Source: Candidatus Woesearchaeota archaeon (GTDB taxonomy: Archaea > Nanobdellota > Nanobdellia > Woesearchaeales > DSVV01). From it: a stretch of DNA of 64,000 bases. This document shows, piece after piece, positions 1 through 12,800 of this stretch (position 1 is the first letter of the stretch; each line of letters begins with the position of its first letter). The notes under the pieces are model-generated. The model was not told the DNA's origin. It saw nothing but the letters and a program-made list of their open reading frames with translations, and searched no databases. Where the stretch lies: NCBI GenBank assembly GCA_018657385.1, contig JABHXF010000023.1, positions 1,297 to 65,296 of the forward strand, written 5' to 3'. The position numbers and the translations under genes were made by a program.

Positions 1-197
1 ACCTTTTTTCAACTCTTTTTTAATATATTCATCTAAATTTGTCATTAATTATGTCTTTTGTAACTACCGGTATTAATAATTTACTAAATTTCTCTGTTTT
101 TATTAGTGTGATGTAATAACTTTTATTGGGAAATCAGAAAGCTTTATATATATCATTTGTAAGAATTAAATACATCTATATATAAAAGGGAAATATT

Positions 198-3100
198 ATG
201 GGAAAAAAGAGGTTATTCCAATTAGGTGTAATAGTATTAATTTTGTTATTTAGTAGTTCAATTTCTTTTGGTACTAAGTTGGTTCAATCTAGTTCTCCTG
301 CTCTTGGAATTTTTAATGAATTAACAGAAGAATGTAAGGGTACCAACAGGTTATTTTTAGAGATGTTTGTTGGTTGTATAAGATATGATAATGAAGAAGG
401 TTATGTTTTGGGAATTCCTTTTTATAATTCAGAATTTTTTACTGATTTGGGTACAGGAAATGTTATTGAAGGAAAAAAACCATTACCCCCCTTAACAGGG
501 ATATGGGCAAATTATCCCAATACTTTTGCCAAAGAACCAACATTATCTATACCATATTATGACAACCCTAGTAATATAAGAAAAGCAAGAATGTATGAGG
601 CATATAGTAAGGTGTTACCTGATGGAACAACCTTTAATGGTGCTTGTAGATTATTTGCTTATTATAAACATGATTATTGCAATGATGAGGTTGTTTTTCA
701 TGAAGAAATTATAAAAGAAGATAAAACTTTTTTTTGTTCACAACCTCAACCAAAAGATACTTTTCCATGGCCAGAAGAACAATATGGTTTTGGTGAACCT
801 GTTTCAAGAGCATTAAGTTTAAAAAATCAATATCTTTATTCAGTTGATTGGGATAATGTTCCAAGTGATTGTAATAATTTAAAAGGTACTTCTAATGGTA
901 ATTCTTGTTGTGGTGACGATTATATGTGGATAATGAATAGTGTACATAACATAGATGAGACAGTAGACAAGAATATTGATGATTGGTGTTTATATAGTTA
1001 CATTGATGAAGATGAAGAAGCATTGTTTGACTTTCATGAAGATCAGTTTGGTTTTGAAGATGCAGCAGTTGGTCCACATCCATATCGGAATGGAGTTTAT
1101 TGTACTCCTCTAAGATCTATTGCTGCCGCTGGTGATATACAAGAGATTCATTATGCATATGATTCTAAATTATTACTTTATTCTCCAGATTCTGATGCTG
1201 AAGAGGACAGATTATTTAGGTATTATTATGATGATCCTGGAACAACAACAGATGTTGGATTATGGGAAGAACCAAATCTAAACCCTCGTTATTGTCATCA
1301 TTATTTTTTAGAAGGAACAGGAGATATTTTTGAATGGACAAACTCTAAACAAGCTGGAGAGATCCATTATTTTGATGTTAAGGATGATTCAAACAATGAT
1401 GGTATCTCATCATCAAACATTCCCAAGAAAGTTGACAATGATAAGAAATTTGTTTTAAATCCAAAAGCACCAGATTATATCTATGATGTCATGACTAAAA
1501 CTGATCATTTTCCTAAACTTAATGAGTATGATTCTGATGGTGATGGTATTGATTCAGATGATCTTAATATTTGTAATTTATTTTTAGATGGTGAATGGAC
1601 TGGCCATCATTGTTGTGGAAATAAGTTTGATGCTGGTGAAAATAAACAAGAAAGTTTTAATGATCCTTATGAAAATGGTAAACATTATTTCCTGGATAAA
1701 TCAGATCTTCAAGAATATGAATTTGAAATAAAAGAAGATAATCTTAAACCAAATAAAGCATGTTACAAAGGTGAGACAGCTAGTGGTGGTGAGATTGTTA
1801 ATGATCCTTATGATCCTATCTATTTTAAATCTGATAATTTAGGTAATTTTAATTGTGGTTATTTGAATGAAGGTGATATTTTAATGGGTATTTTTAATGG
1901 TGTTTCTTTGGGTGATCTTAATTTAGATGTTAAAACTTGTTGTAATATTAAATATCCTAATTTTAAGTTAAACCCAAAACAAGTTGGTACCACAGAAAAG
2001 AATGGTTTTGACTGGGATCTTTATGATTGTGGGCATGTTGCATCTTTGTTAAATGAAAAAGGTACATTAAAATATTGTGTTGATGAAGAAAGAAGGAAGG
2101 AAGAATTAATTCTCGGTAAAACTATTGATTTAGATCATATTGGTTTAAAATATACATATGATGCTCTCCAAGTTTCTACTGATTATTTATTATTTGGTTC
2201 TGTTAATGATGCACCACATCCTTTAGCATTAAAATTAAATATTGGTGACAATGGAATAAATGATAATGTTTATAACAAATGTGAATCAACATATCTAACA
2301 AAAGATTATCACATGCTAGAAGATGATTATGAAGACAACGACGTATTCTATTATTGTCATACAAATAATTCCTGGTTATCAATACCTATTTCAGACCAAC
2401 AATTAAGTAAAGGAACTAGTTCAGCACCAACACCTTTTGGTATGCTAGGAAGAATACCTCAAGAAGGAGATAAATTATATGAGGTAGATGAACCCAAAGA
2501 GATTGGTTTTGCTCATGCTAAATCTTCAGGTTGTTGTTTTGAAAATGAATGTTGGACAGGAAAAAAATGTGTTCCAAATGGTTATATTTTTGAAGACGTG
2601 GATGTAACACACACATGTAGTTATGGTGATTGGGGTGTAGGGGATCCTTCTTATAATTGGTATGATGAACAATTTGATGGAGACACTAGTGTTGCTATAG
2701 GTGTTCAATATTGTACAGATAAGTGGAGTTGTGCATGTCCTAAGGATGATAAATATTCTGCCATAACATCAGAAGAAGATGGCTGGACAATTGATGAATG
2801 TGAAAAATATACAACTCCAGGTAAATGGTGTACAAGATTCCCTTGGACATATGTTGGAGATAGATTCTGTGAAGTAACAGATCAAACAAATATAGTTGAT
2901 GCTGACACTTATGAAGAGGCAGCATGGACTACAAGAACAAAATATTTAGCAACTGCAATGTTAGATATTCCTACAACTGATAACTATGTTTTACATTGTG
3001 ATGATCCTGGAAATATATTTAATTTTTATCCACAAGCTAGCAAGTATTGGGATGAATATATTAAAGATGGGATGTTTTCAGAAAATTATAATTATGATAT

Positions 3101-4271
3101 TATGAATAATTTCTGTGTTTTATTAATTAATCCTGGAGATAATGAAGAAGTTTATGTTGGAACAACTCTTAATCCTTTATTGGATTATAGTTCAGTAACT
3201 CAAAGTCTTTATAGTGATGAATCAGAAGAAAACATAGATACAGAATGTTTTGATGATAATGGTGAAGAAGATTATTGTACTGCAACATTTGGCGATGTGG
3301 ATGCAGGTCCAACATTTGTTTGTTACAGGCCATTAGTTAGTAGTGCAGGACAATGTAAACTAAAACCTGGAAGTCAGGAAGCATGTGATGATTATTATGG
3401 TGGCTTAAATATGGGTGAACATACTTGGGAGGCTGATGATATTAATGATCCAGATACATTTGGTGTTTGTATTCCAAAGGGTCCTGATTTTATGGAAATG
3501 TTAAATGTTACTGAATACATGACTCAGATTTTGTATGGTGAAGATGATAAAAAAGGTTTAGTTAATAGTCCTTATTTATTTAATCAAGACCAAGGGGCAG
3601 ATCCAGACTTTTGTGATGAAACAGCAGAACTAACTAATTTCGCATCTAATACTGATTTTTTAATGTTTAAACAATGTGATGAAACTAATATTGCCTATAA
3701 TGACGTGGCAAAAGCAATAATCTTTACAAAAAAGGCTGGCATAGTTAATCCAATAACCTTAACTTACCAACAAGTTCATAATTCAAAATTAACAACTTAT
3801 GCAGATGAATTTAAACAATTTGTAGTGGATAATGCAGTAGAAATTCAAGATTGGGGAGAAAATATTGATTTAATGAAATCTATTAGTGACTTTGATAGGA
3901 TCTATTATTATCAAGACGCTAGTAGAAAAATATTTGGTATGTTAGAAAGAAAATCAAACCCATTACTTAGTCCATCAAGTAATGATTATGCAAATAAACT
4001 TGAATATTTTTATGCAATTAAATATGAAGGATTTGATAATCTATTCTATAATTATGATACAACTTTAGGTGAGAAAAAATGTTCTATTGTAAAAGATGAA
4101 TATGCACCATTTAAAGACATTGGTTGTTTCAGAGAAGATGCTTTATTGTTCCCAAATAATTATTTCTTAATCTCTCCACCAATGGAAAATTATTATTCAG
4201 ACAATAATGGTAATCCATACATATCAGAGTTCTGGTTTGATTTAACTGCAAAGTTAAGAGTAATAAAATGA
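198..4271 (+). CDS. Giant exported, acidic, cysteine-rich surface protein (1357 aa); no family recognised
   Basis: Uninterrupted 4.07-kb ORF. The N-terminus MGKKRLFQLGVIVLILLFSSSISFG looks like a Sec-type signal. The body is rich in D/E/N/Y/C, with vicinal-Cys motifs (SCCGDD, HHCCGNK, SGCCFENEC). The stop overlaps the next start (ATGA at 4268-4271). Confidence 0.8.
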   Translation: MGKKRLFQLGVIVLILLFSSSISFGTKLVQSSSPALGIFNELTEECKGTNRLFLEMFVGCIRYDNEEGYVLGIPFYNSEFFTDLGTGNVIEGKKPLPPLTGIWANYPNTFAKEPTLSIPYYDNPSNIRKARMYEAYSKVLPDGTTFNGACRLFAYYKHDYCNDEVVFHEEIIKEDKTFFCSQPQPKDTFPWPEEQYGFGEPVSRALSLKNQYLYSVDWDNVPSDCNNLKGTSNGNSCCGDDYMWIMNSVHNIDETVDKNIDDWCLYSYIDEDEEALFDFHEDQFGFEDAAVGPHPYRNGVYCTPLRSIAAAGDIQEIHYAYDSKLLLYSPDSDAEEDRLFRYYYDDPGTTTDVGLWEEPNLNPRYCHHYFLEGTGDIFEWTNSKQAGEIHYFDVKDDSNNDGISSSNIPKKVDNDKKFVLNPKAPDYIYDVMTKTDHFPKLNEYDSDGDGIDSDDLNICNLFLDGEWTGHHCCGNKFDAGENKQESFNDPYENGKHYFLDKSDLQEYEFEIKEDNLKPNKACYKGETASGGEIVNDPYDPIYFKSDNLGNFNCGYLNEGDILMGIFNGVSLGDLNLDVKTCCNIKYPNFKLNPKQVGTTEKNGFDWDLYDCGHVASLLNEKGTLKYCVDEERRKEELILGKTIDLDHIGLKYTYDALQVSTDYLLFGSVNDAPHPLALKLNIGDNGINDNVYNKCESTYLTKDYHMLEDDYEDNDVFYYCHTNNSWLSIPISDQQLSKGTSSAPTPFGMLGRIPQEGDKLYEVDEPKEIGFAHAKSSGCCFENECWTGKKCVPNGYIFEDVDVTHTCSYGDWGVGDPSYNWYDEQFDGDTSVAIGVQYCTDKWSCACPKDDKYSAITSEEDGWTIDECEKYTTPGKWCTRFPWTYVGDRFCEVTDQTNIVDADTYEEAAWTTRTKYLATAMLDIPTTDNYVLHCDDPGNIFNFYPQASKYWDEYIKDGMFSENYNYDIMNNFCVLLINPGDNEEVYVGTTLNPLLDYSSVTQSLYSDESEENIDTECFDDNGEEDYCTATFGDVDAGPTFVCYRPLVSSAGQCKLKPGSQEACDDYYGGLNMGEHTWEADDINDPDTFGVCIPKGPDFMEMLNVTEYMTQILYGEDDKKGLVNSPYLFNQDQGADPDFCDETAELTNFASNTDFLMFKQCDETNIAYNDVAKAIIFTKKAGIVNPITLTYQQVHNSKLTTYADEFKQFVVDNAVEIQDWGENIDLMKSISDFDRIYYYQDASRKIFGMLERKSNPLLSPSSNDYANKLEYFYAIKYEGFDNLFYNYDTTLGEKKCSIVKDEYAPFKDIGCFREDALLFPNNYFLISPPMENYYSDNNGNPYISEFWFDLTAKLRVIK

Positions 4272-6730
4272 AAACTAAGAAATCACAAATGGCTATTTTC
4301 ATGATTCTAGGTATAACAATTGTTATGTTAATTGGATTAGCAATGTATGGTGCAAGCAATGCTGATTCTGGGCATTTATCAACAAAACAAAAACAAATGG
4401 AAGAATTATTTATTGGCAAGGGGAAGTATACAACTTATATTCAAAGTTGTTTAGATCAAGCAACAAAAAATGCATTATACTTAGTTGGACAACAAGGTGG
4501 TGCAATTTATTCTGATTCTAACTTCGACGATGCAACACCAATTCCAGGAGGAACAAAGGCTATTGATTATCATGAAACAGATGATGGGTTAAGAATCTAT
4601 TATGGTTTAACTGCACCTCCAATACCAACAAAAACAGAAAATAAAATGTTAAAGTATCCATTTACAAATACTCTTCCTTCAGAACCATTTCTTAGTCCAG
4701 ATTCAAGTGTTTATGGTGATTCAACCCCATTTTTTGAAAATTTTCCAAATCCTTTAATTTCTTTATGTGATTATCATGGTCCTAATTCTTTAGATGGTGA
4801 AAATATTGAATGTGGTACTGGTCCTTATAGGTATGACAGCACTTTATTAACAGACCATAATAGTGTTCAAGAATATTTACAATATTACATTACACAAAAA
4901 ACAGATGAATGTATTAAATTAGAAGCTCTTCCCGAATTACAAGGTTTTGATATTGAAAAAGAAAATATTGATGTAAAAGTTACAATGGCTGCATCTACAA
5001 TAACTTCAAAATTAAGTATGAATCTTTCTATTACAGATAATCAAACTCTACCTAAAATAGAAATAAGTGATATTACTATTGAGAAGAATGTAAGATTATT
5101 AGAGATGTTTCAAATATTACAAGATATAATTCTTGAAGATTCTAGAAATATTTTCTATGACATTAAAGGCACGGATATTTGTGGTGTTTCTTCACAAGGT
5201 CCTTGCTTAAAAGCAAACATGGTTATTGAAAAAGAACAAGTTAGTCAAGGGGATGATTGGATTATAAAAATAACAGACACAGAATCTTTGTTAGATGGGA
5301 AAGAATTTACTTACCAAGTTGTTTTTGAAAACAGATATCCAGCATTAGATTATATTACTCTAGATAATGTTAAACTAAAATCTCAACTTCAAGATTATGA
5401 TGCTGTTGCAGTACAAGGCATGACTTTAATTTTAGATCCTTATGGTTATGATCCTGATGAAGATTTTCATGTGGCTGAAGGATACATGGGTGAAGGTTAT
5501 ACTTATGAATTTGTTGGTGGGTATACAGAGTATTCACCTGGTGTTAATTCTGCATGCTTATCTGGAAATGCAAATTTAAACGTATTAGTAAGTAAACTAA
5601 ATTCAAATTCTTGCAGGAAACCATCCTCTCCCCCATTTACAACAGGTAAAAAAGTTGAATGGGTCTTGGGAAAAAAAGATGCAGGTGAACATATAATTAA
5701 TGTGAAAATTTGTGATATGTTAAATCAATGTGATGAACAAGAATTAAAAATTTTAGTTGTTCCTTTACTGATTTTTGATGGGGTTCCACAACCAGGGATT
5801 ATGCCAAGTAAATATTTATATAATTCACACAAACTTGCTGGTAGTTTTATCTATGAAACAGACCCTGGAGATACAATTACTTTAGGTATTAATAATGCAA
5901 TTCCTGTTTCTTATGTTCCAACTAGTGGCCCTATTGTACTTAACAATCCTTCTCCTGTAACAGATTTGTTAGAATATGCTAATCAACAATACCAAATTAA
6001 GCAACAGCTTGGAGATGTTGATGGAAAAAGCTTTACAACTATAATTACAAATCCTGACACAGGAGTTATAATTTATTATGATGAAAATGGTCAACCAATT
6101 GCTTATTCTATCGATGATGATGAACCTATCTTGTTTCCACCAGTTACTGAACAAACAGATGAAGAAATAAGTTATTATAATCTAGCAGAAGCATTAAAAC
6201 CAGGTGTTAATGTTTATCAACAACAAGAAGCAATTGAATTAATAGAAGAAGAAGAACAAGAAACAACACAACCATTACAAGACAAACCATTGGTTGTAGT
6301 TGTTGACGGAAATGTAAATCATGGTGAACATGAAATATATTTTATTGAAAATAATAATCCTGAATATCCTCAAATTTATTTAGTTACTCCTAATTATGAT
6401 GATATCAACTTACAAAATAAAGTTCCAATGGATGATCCTATAAGAAAAATGATTGGAGACGATGATGGGAAAGCTGATGCTCTTCCAGTAAAAATGGCAA
6501 TCTTTGGTACTGGTAGTGGTTGTAAAAATAATATTTGCATTTATCATTTTAATAATAATGAATGCTCACAACATGGATCTTATTATAAAAACTATTGTTT
6601 AAAAAGTAATGGTTGTTATTATGGTTTTAGTATAAATATTAATGAAGAAGGTGATGGGCATAGCATAGAACCTGCATCAATGAAAGAAGATTCTTGTTCA
6701 GAATGCACATCAAATGGGTGTATGAATTAA
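4268..6730 (+). CDS. Large prepilin-like (class III signal-like N-terminus) exported protein, 820 aa, Cys-rich C-terminus
   Basis: The N-terminus MKTKKSQMAIFMILGITIVMLIGLAMYG has a K-S-Q motif followed by a ~22-aa hydrophobic helix. The start is coupled to the upstream ORF by ATGA. A central Ig/PKD-like stretch is present (DPDEDFH...GEHIINVKICD). The C-terminal 90 aa are Cys-rich. Confidence 0.75.
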   Translation: MKTKKSQMAIFMILGITIVMLIGLAMYGASNADSGHLSTKQKQMEELFIGKGKYTTYIQSCLDQATKNALYLVGQQGGAIYSDSNFDDATPIPGGTKAIDYHETDDGLRIYYGLTAPPIPTKTENKMLKYPFTNTLPSEPFLSPDSSVYGDSTPFFENFPNPLISLCDYHGPNSLDGENIECGTGPYRYDSTLLTDHNSVQEYLQYYITQKTDECIKLEALPELQGFDIEKENIDVKVTMAASTITSKLSMNLSITDNQTLPKIEISDITIEKNVRLLEMFQILQDIILEDSRNIFYDIKGTDICGVSSQGPCLKANMVIEKEQVSQGDDWIIKITDTESLLDGKEFTYQVVFENRYPALDYITLDNVKLKSQLQDYDAVAVQGMTLILDPYGYDPDEDFHVAEGYMGEGYTYEFVGGYTEYSPGVNSACLSGNANLNVLVSKLNSNSCRKPSSPPFTTGKKVEWVLGKKDAGEHIINVKICDMLNQCDEQELKILVVPLLIFDGVPQPGIMPSKYLYNSHKLAGSFIYETDPGDTITLGINNAIPVSYVPTSGPIVLNNPSPVTDLLEYANQQYQIKQQLGDVDGKSFTTIITNPDTGVIIYYDENGQPIAYSIDDDEPILFPPVTEQTDEEISYYNLAEALKPGVNVYQQQEAIELIEEEEQETTQPLQDKPLVVVVDGNVNHGEHEIYFIENNNPEYPQIYLVTPNYDDINLQNKVPMDDPIRKMIGDDDGKADALPVKMAIFGTGSGCKNNICIYHFNNNECSQHGSYYKNYCLKSNGCYYGFSININEEGDGHSIEPASMKEDSCSECTSNGCMN

Positions 6731-6816
6731 TCTAATTATTTTTAATAACCACTATTAAATAGATATAATAGTTAGTAAAATATATAAATCAATTTAATAA
6801 ATATACTATTATTACT

Positions 6817-9800
6817 ATGAAATTTAAAAAAGGGTTGATATTAATAGTATTAGTTTTAGCTATTTTAATTCCTTTTTCTTTGGCTGAACAATGTTATATT
6901 CCTAGTGCTAAGACTTGTGAAACAATTGATGAAGATTTTACTCTTGAAATGTGTGAAAATACTGTTGAAGATGGTGGTGCTGAAGGAAAAATTGCAGTTG
7001 ATGAATGTGATACTGGTTGTTGTTGTGAATTTCATCAATTAGATGATAGTTATACTGCTTCTACAGGATATTTTAAAGAAACCTGTACTGAAATTTCTAA
7101 TAATTTATTTTTTAAGGATATTCCATGGGTTACGTTATGTGAACAACAATGTCAAGAGCTAACTGATATTTTACAAGCAGAGGGTGGCTTACCAGCATGT
7201 ATGGATAGTATTGATAATGATGAAGATGGTTTAATTGATATGGCTGATATAGATTGTTTAAGCAAAGAAGATACATCTGAACATCCTTCTGCAGAAGATA
7301 CTGAATGTAGCAACACAGTTGATGAAGATGGTGATGGGTTATTAGATTATTTTGGATTATATGAAGACGGTGGTAGCTATTCTGATTATTTGGATGCTGG
7401 AATTTTACCTGATCCATGTTGTACAAAAGAGTTTGGTGTTTCTGAACTTTGTGATTTTCCTGAATGTGATGTTGGTAATAATACTGAATTATGTACTTGT
7501 GGTGGGAATGTTTGTGGTTTCCCATGGCAAATAGAGGGTAATGAAGATTATGATTATGAAAATAAAAAAGATCTAGATCCATATAGTAAATATGTAACTG
7601 GTTCATATTGTTGTAATGGTCAATGTAGTTTTACACCTTGTGGAGATTGTATAGAAGGCCAAGAAACATTTAAAAAAACAGCAGAAGGTTTAGAAACATA
7701 TACTTGTGAATGTGATAGTGATGGTGTTTGCGCATATGGTGAACCTGTTATTACAAAGTTAGGGTTTCCTGAATATTGTATTGATTCTTTAGGTTTTGAT
7801 GGTTATGGTATGGATGAAGACGAGGATAATAAACCAAATTGTTTAGATACTGATTGTTTTGGTGTGTCATGCAGTAATGAACCTTTAAATGTAGAAAACA
7901 AATTTCCTGGTGGTTTAGTTATTCCTCCGAAAACTTGTTCATTTGATAAAAACAAATATCCTGATTATTTTAATCCAATCACAGCTAAGGAAGAACCAAT
8001 TGCATATTATGATGCTAACATAGAAACATGGGTGTGTTGTTTCCCTGACTCAAATAAAAAATCAAGAGTTAAGGATTGTAATGATGATAGTGTTCCTGAT
8101 ACTTGTGGGGAATGTGCATGTTTAAATTCACATAAAGAAGCACAACAATTAACAGTTGATCATGTTCTTGGCAAGCAACAATTAAACATTAGTTATTTCT
8201 TTGCATGTCAACATGAAGATATTAGACTTAAACTAATGAGGTGTGATAATATTCCAGCACAATGTGGTGTTGTTAATGGTGAAGTCCAATTAGAAAATAG
8301 TAATTTATTTACAGATATTAGTGATGGGTTAACATGCGATCTTCTTGATAATGGAATTGTTCAAGAAGACCAAGAAAATTGTCTAACTGAAGATGGTTTA
8401 TTACAACCTGGATTATTAACTGATTTTGTTGGGCTCTTTGATAATAATATACAAACAAAAAAACATTATACTTATATTATGAAATCAATTTATCCAGATG
8501 GTATTGTAAGTTTTTCAGATCCTGTACATATAGAAACAGGGAATAATCAAATTTGTTTTGATAATACTGGACATTTTTGTATTCGAGATGAAGATTTTCA
8601 TGAAGATTCTGCAAAATATAGGTATTATTGTGATGATAATAATGATTTACATGGTGGCCAAGATGCAGATGATGAATATATTTGTAATGATAATGAAGTT
8701 TGTGTTGAATATTTAACTGGTTCAAGTGGTAAAGAAACAACTTGTCAAACAAAAATGCCTTGTATATTCTGTGGTTCGCCATTTAACACATATGGTTTTA
8801 TAGATAATGCAATGATTGATCTTACCACATTCCCTGATGGTTTTATGGAATTAAATAAAGAAGATTTTAATCCTGATTGTACTATCTCAGAATTATGTTA
8901 TTATGATTATACAGATACAATAAAGGATGCTTATGAAGATTGTTCAAGAGTAGATAATTGTTATGATTATAGGTCAGAAGATGCATGTCAGGGTTATGCA
9001 GGCGAACAAAATAATAAATGTTTAACTCATTCATGTACATGGAATGCCACTAAGATGGATCTTATTGATGATCTTGATGATGCTTTAAGTGGATTAGATA
9101 TTAATGTTGGCTATTGTCATGATCCAGATGAAAATGTTAAAAACTGTCAACTATGTAATAAATTATCAAATAATGAAGTATTTGCGTATTGCAGTATTGA
9201 TATGTGTCGTGGGTTTACTACAGATGACACAGATTGTTACTTTAATTCTACAATGGAATGTGATTCTTCTAATCATTTAACCTGTACAAATTATAATCAA
9301 GGTTATCCAGGCAATTTTAATAAAATTAGAACTGATTGTTTAGGTGAATATGAACAACCACTAGTCTTAGATATAATCCATGATCAGAATGATAAACCAA
9401 TTTGGGGAACAAATGCAGTAAAAGTTAAAGGAAATGATCTTCTTGGTTTTGGTGTTTGTGATTTTGATGAAAGCCAACAAAAATGTTTTAAAGATGGTAA
9501 TGATGATAATAAAACAGATCCAAAAGGAAAAAAAGGATCAGATATTACTCCACCTGTAACAGAAGTTATTGCACCTGCTAATTCAGATAAGATTGAATTA
9601 AAATTTGCAATTAATGATCCTATTGTGGATGGGAGATATCATTCTGACCCTGAGGATATTAAAACATATTATTGTTTCCCTAGTGATAATCATATTCCTG
9701 AAGTTATACAAGATGGACTTATGGAAGGTAATTTACCTGGGTATTCAGATTTTGAAAGTTATAATTATGATGGCGATGGATTTTTAACTGAAAAAGAATT

Positions 9801-12800
9801 AGGTGAATGTTATCCTAATAACTTATACAAACCAGATGAAGACCCATTAATTCCAAATGGTAATGGTTATCACAAAGTATTTTACTATTCAATTGATGAA
9901 GCAAAGAATATTGAAGAAGTTAAATCATTTTTATTTAATGTTGATATTAAACCACCTGAAATAACTATCACTCCTTATGTTACTAATGATTTATCAGCCC
10001 CTTATGATGATACACAAATTTTATTTTCAGTTGAATTAGATGAATCAGCAAAAGAATGTTATGATATCTTTGAAGATTATGTTGGTGTTAAAGAAATTAA
10101 TTATGAAGGTGGTCAATATTTCCAAGCTAAATATACAGGACTAAAAGATGCAAGTTATTTATACACTGTTGTTTGTACAGATTTCTTAGACAATACAATT
10201 AATAAATCTATTACTGTAAAAATTGATGCTGATCAGGAAATTCAATCACCTCAGCCAACAGGGGTATTAGATTATAGTCCTGTAAACTTAGAAATTATCA
10301 CATTAAAACAAGGTGATTGTAGGTTTGGCCAATCATCAACATTTGCTTTACTAACTTCATTTGGCGAACCAGAACAAATTAGTACAGGTCCTAGTTTATA
10401 CAAATACACTCATCAACTTTCATTAGAGGAACAAGGGTTACAGAAATATAGAGTTATGTGTCAATTTCCAGGGTTGTCTGGAGAAAGAGAAGATGAAATC
10501 CAATTTGTTCTAGACACAACTCCTCCTACAACTAGATTAACAGATCCAAAAGGTAATGATTTTAATACATCTCAATGGTATTCTGGAGAACATAGCGGAG
10601 ATATGGCTTATTTACAATGTGTAGATGAACCTGAGTTTGGTTTTGGTTGTGATGAATTACAAACACACTATTGTTTACAAAAAGGATCATTGAAATGTCC
10701 AACAAGATTAGAATTCCCTGGTCAAGAAAAAGATACTAGTTATCCATTATATACTCCAGTTAATATTCCTAATATTCCTGATGAACAATGGTTATGTTAT
10801 CATTCTGGAGAATTAACTGATAATAATATGGGTGGTTTAATAGAAGACAAAACTTGTGTTAAATTATTAATGGATTCTTCACAAGGTCCTGATATTAATG
10901 TACCATTATTAAAACAATATACTGATTTAACTAATCCTTTCTTTTATGGTTCTCCTGTGCTTGAACAAGGTATAACTGTTGCATTTTTATTAGAAGGGGA
11001 AGTAATTGATGGTGATGCAGCAACATCTCCTCCAGATAATAAATTAAATATTCAAGTTTATCCTTTATCTGAAGATTATTTAGTTGGTGTTGCATTATTA
11101 ACTGCCTTAACTGAAGAAATTGCACTATTAGAAGAAAACCAAGAATTTGAAATTGGTGATCTTGGTGCATCAGAATTATTTGAAGATATCCCTTCAAACA
11201 ATGCATTTTCTCAGGAAATTAATTTAATGCCTGGTCTGAATAAAATTTTATTAGAAGCAGTTGATAGATCTGGTGAATGGACAAGTAAAGAATATTATAT
11301 TATGGTTAGTCCATTTAATGGTGAGTTATTAGAAATTCTTGAACCACCTAAGGGTGTTTCCAAAGAAAAAGAATTTGATTTAATTGTAAAAACATCAGAT
11401 GATCTGCCACCACCAGAAAAATGTATGTTATCACAGAATAAAAATATAGGTTATAATTATGAAATGGAACAAATTGAACCAAGGAAATTTAAGAACCATT
11501 TTAATTTATCAGGAATGATTAGTGGTATTTATTATACTACTTTTATCAGATGTGATTTCCCTGGTGGTATATCTGATGAAACTTTTGTTGATATAATTTG
11601 GGATAATAGTGCACCTGCTATTGCAAAATTCTTTATTAATCCAAGTGATGGGAAGGAACCACCAGCTGTTGTTGAACCTCCTTTTGTAACAAACTTAACA
11701 GTTGTTACAGACGATAAAACAAGATGTAAATATTCAAAAACACCTGGGACTGATTATTTTTCAATGACCCCGTTTGATGATTATGAAACAAAAAATCTTA
11801 GTTATGTAAATGAACATAAACTAACTAATCTAATTGATGGTCAACAATATACTTATTATGTCAGGTGTGATAATGGTCCAACAGAACCAGCTTCAACTCA
11901 TATTTCTGAAGAATCAGTATTAACATTTATGGTTGATACAACTCAATTTACTGGCTTTGAATTAATTACTCCTGAAAAATTCACTAGCGACACTTCAATA
12001 GACTTTGAATTACATACTACAAAACAAGCAAGTGATTGTACTTTTGGTCCAGAAGAAGAAACAGTAGATCTTTACTTAATGGAAACTGTTGCATCTGGTG
12101 TGGATGCATTTAAAGTCCATTATGGTGGTCCAATCTCATTATTAGAAGGCGAACACACCTTTTATTTTAAATGTCTAACTTTATCAGAAGGCCATGTAAT
12201 GGATAATTACAAATTTTCAATTGATGTAACTCCACCATCACTTGCTATTAAAACAGATCCTTATACTTCTTCATTATCTACATTATCTGCGAGTTGGGAA
12301 GGTGAAGAAGAATATAGTGAAGTTGAAGAATATAATTATTCAATTGGTACTGAACCAGGTCTGGCAAATATTTATGAGTGGGATAATACTGCTGATTTAA
12401 ATGAAAAAGAAAACAATCTTAATCTTTCAAACGAAACAACTTATTATTGGAATGTAATTGCAATGAATTCTGTTGGATTATGGAGTGATATTGTAAGTAG
12501 TAATGGTACTTATGTTGATTCCACCTATAATCCTGGTTATGAAACTTTTGAAGATAATGTAGCAGTTTGCGCTAATAGTATTAAAGACTTAGGAGAAAGC
12601 GATCTTGATTGTGGTGGGAATTGTGGTAGTTGTAGTAATGGTAAAAATTGTGAAGTCAATAATGATTGTGTTAGCAGCCAATGTATTAGTGGGATTTGTG
12701 TCGGATCTTCATGTGATGATGGTATATTAAATCAACAAGAAGCAGATATTGATTGTGGTGGTCCATGTATTAGTTGTGATAATGGTATGGATTGCGATGT

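Noticed and set aside
1-45. Minus-strand ORF start (MTNLDEYIKKELKKG...) running off the left edge of the window.
   Set aside because: Only 15 codons are visible. That is too short to support a gene call or a product.
7130-7606. 158-aa antisense ORF inside the 2226-aa gene. Similar long antisense or alternate-frame ORFs occur at 38878-39387, 40909-41304, 55494-55967, 56002-56373 and 62834-63337.
   Set aside because: All lie entirely within much longer ORFs that have recognisable products or strong signal features. Their translations are low-complexity (H/Q/Y/L-rich or F/S/L-rich) mirror images of D/E/K-rich coding strands. They have no SD or TATA context.
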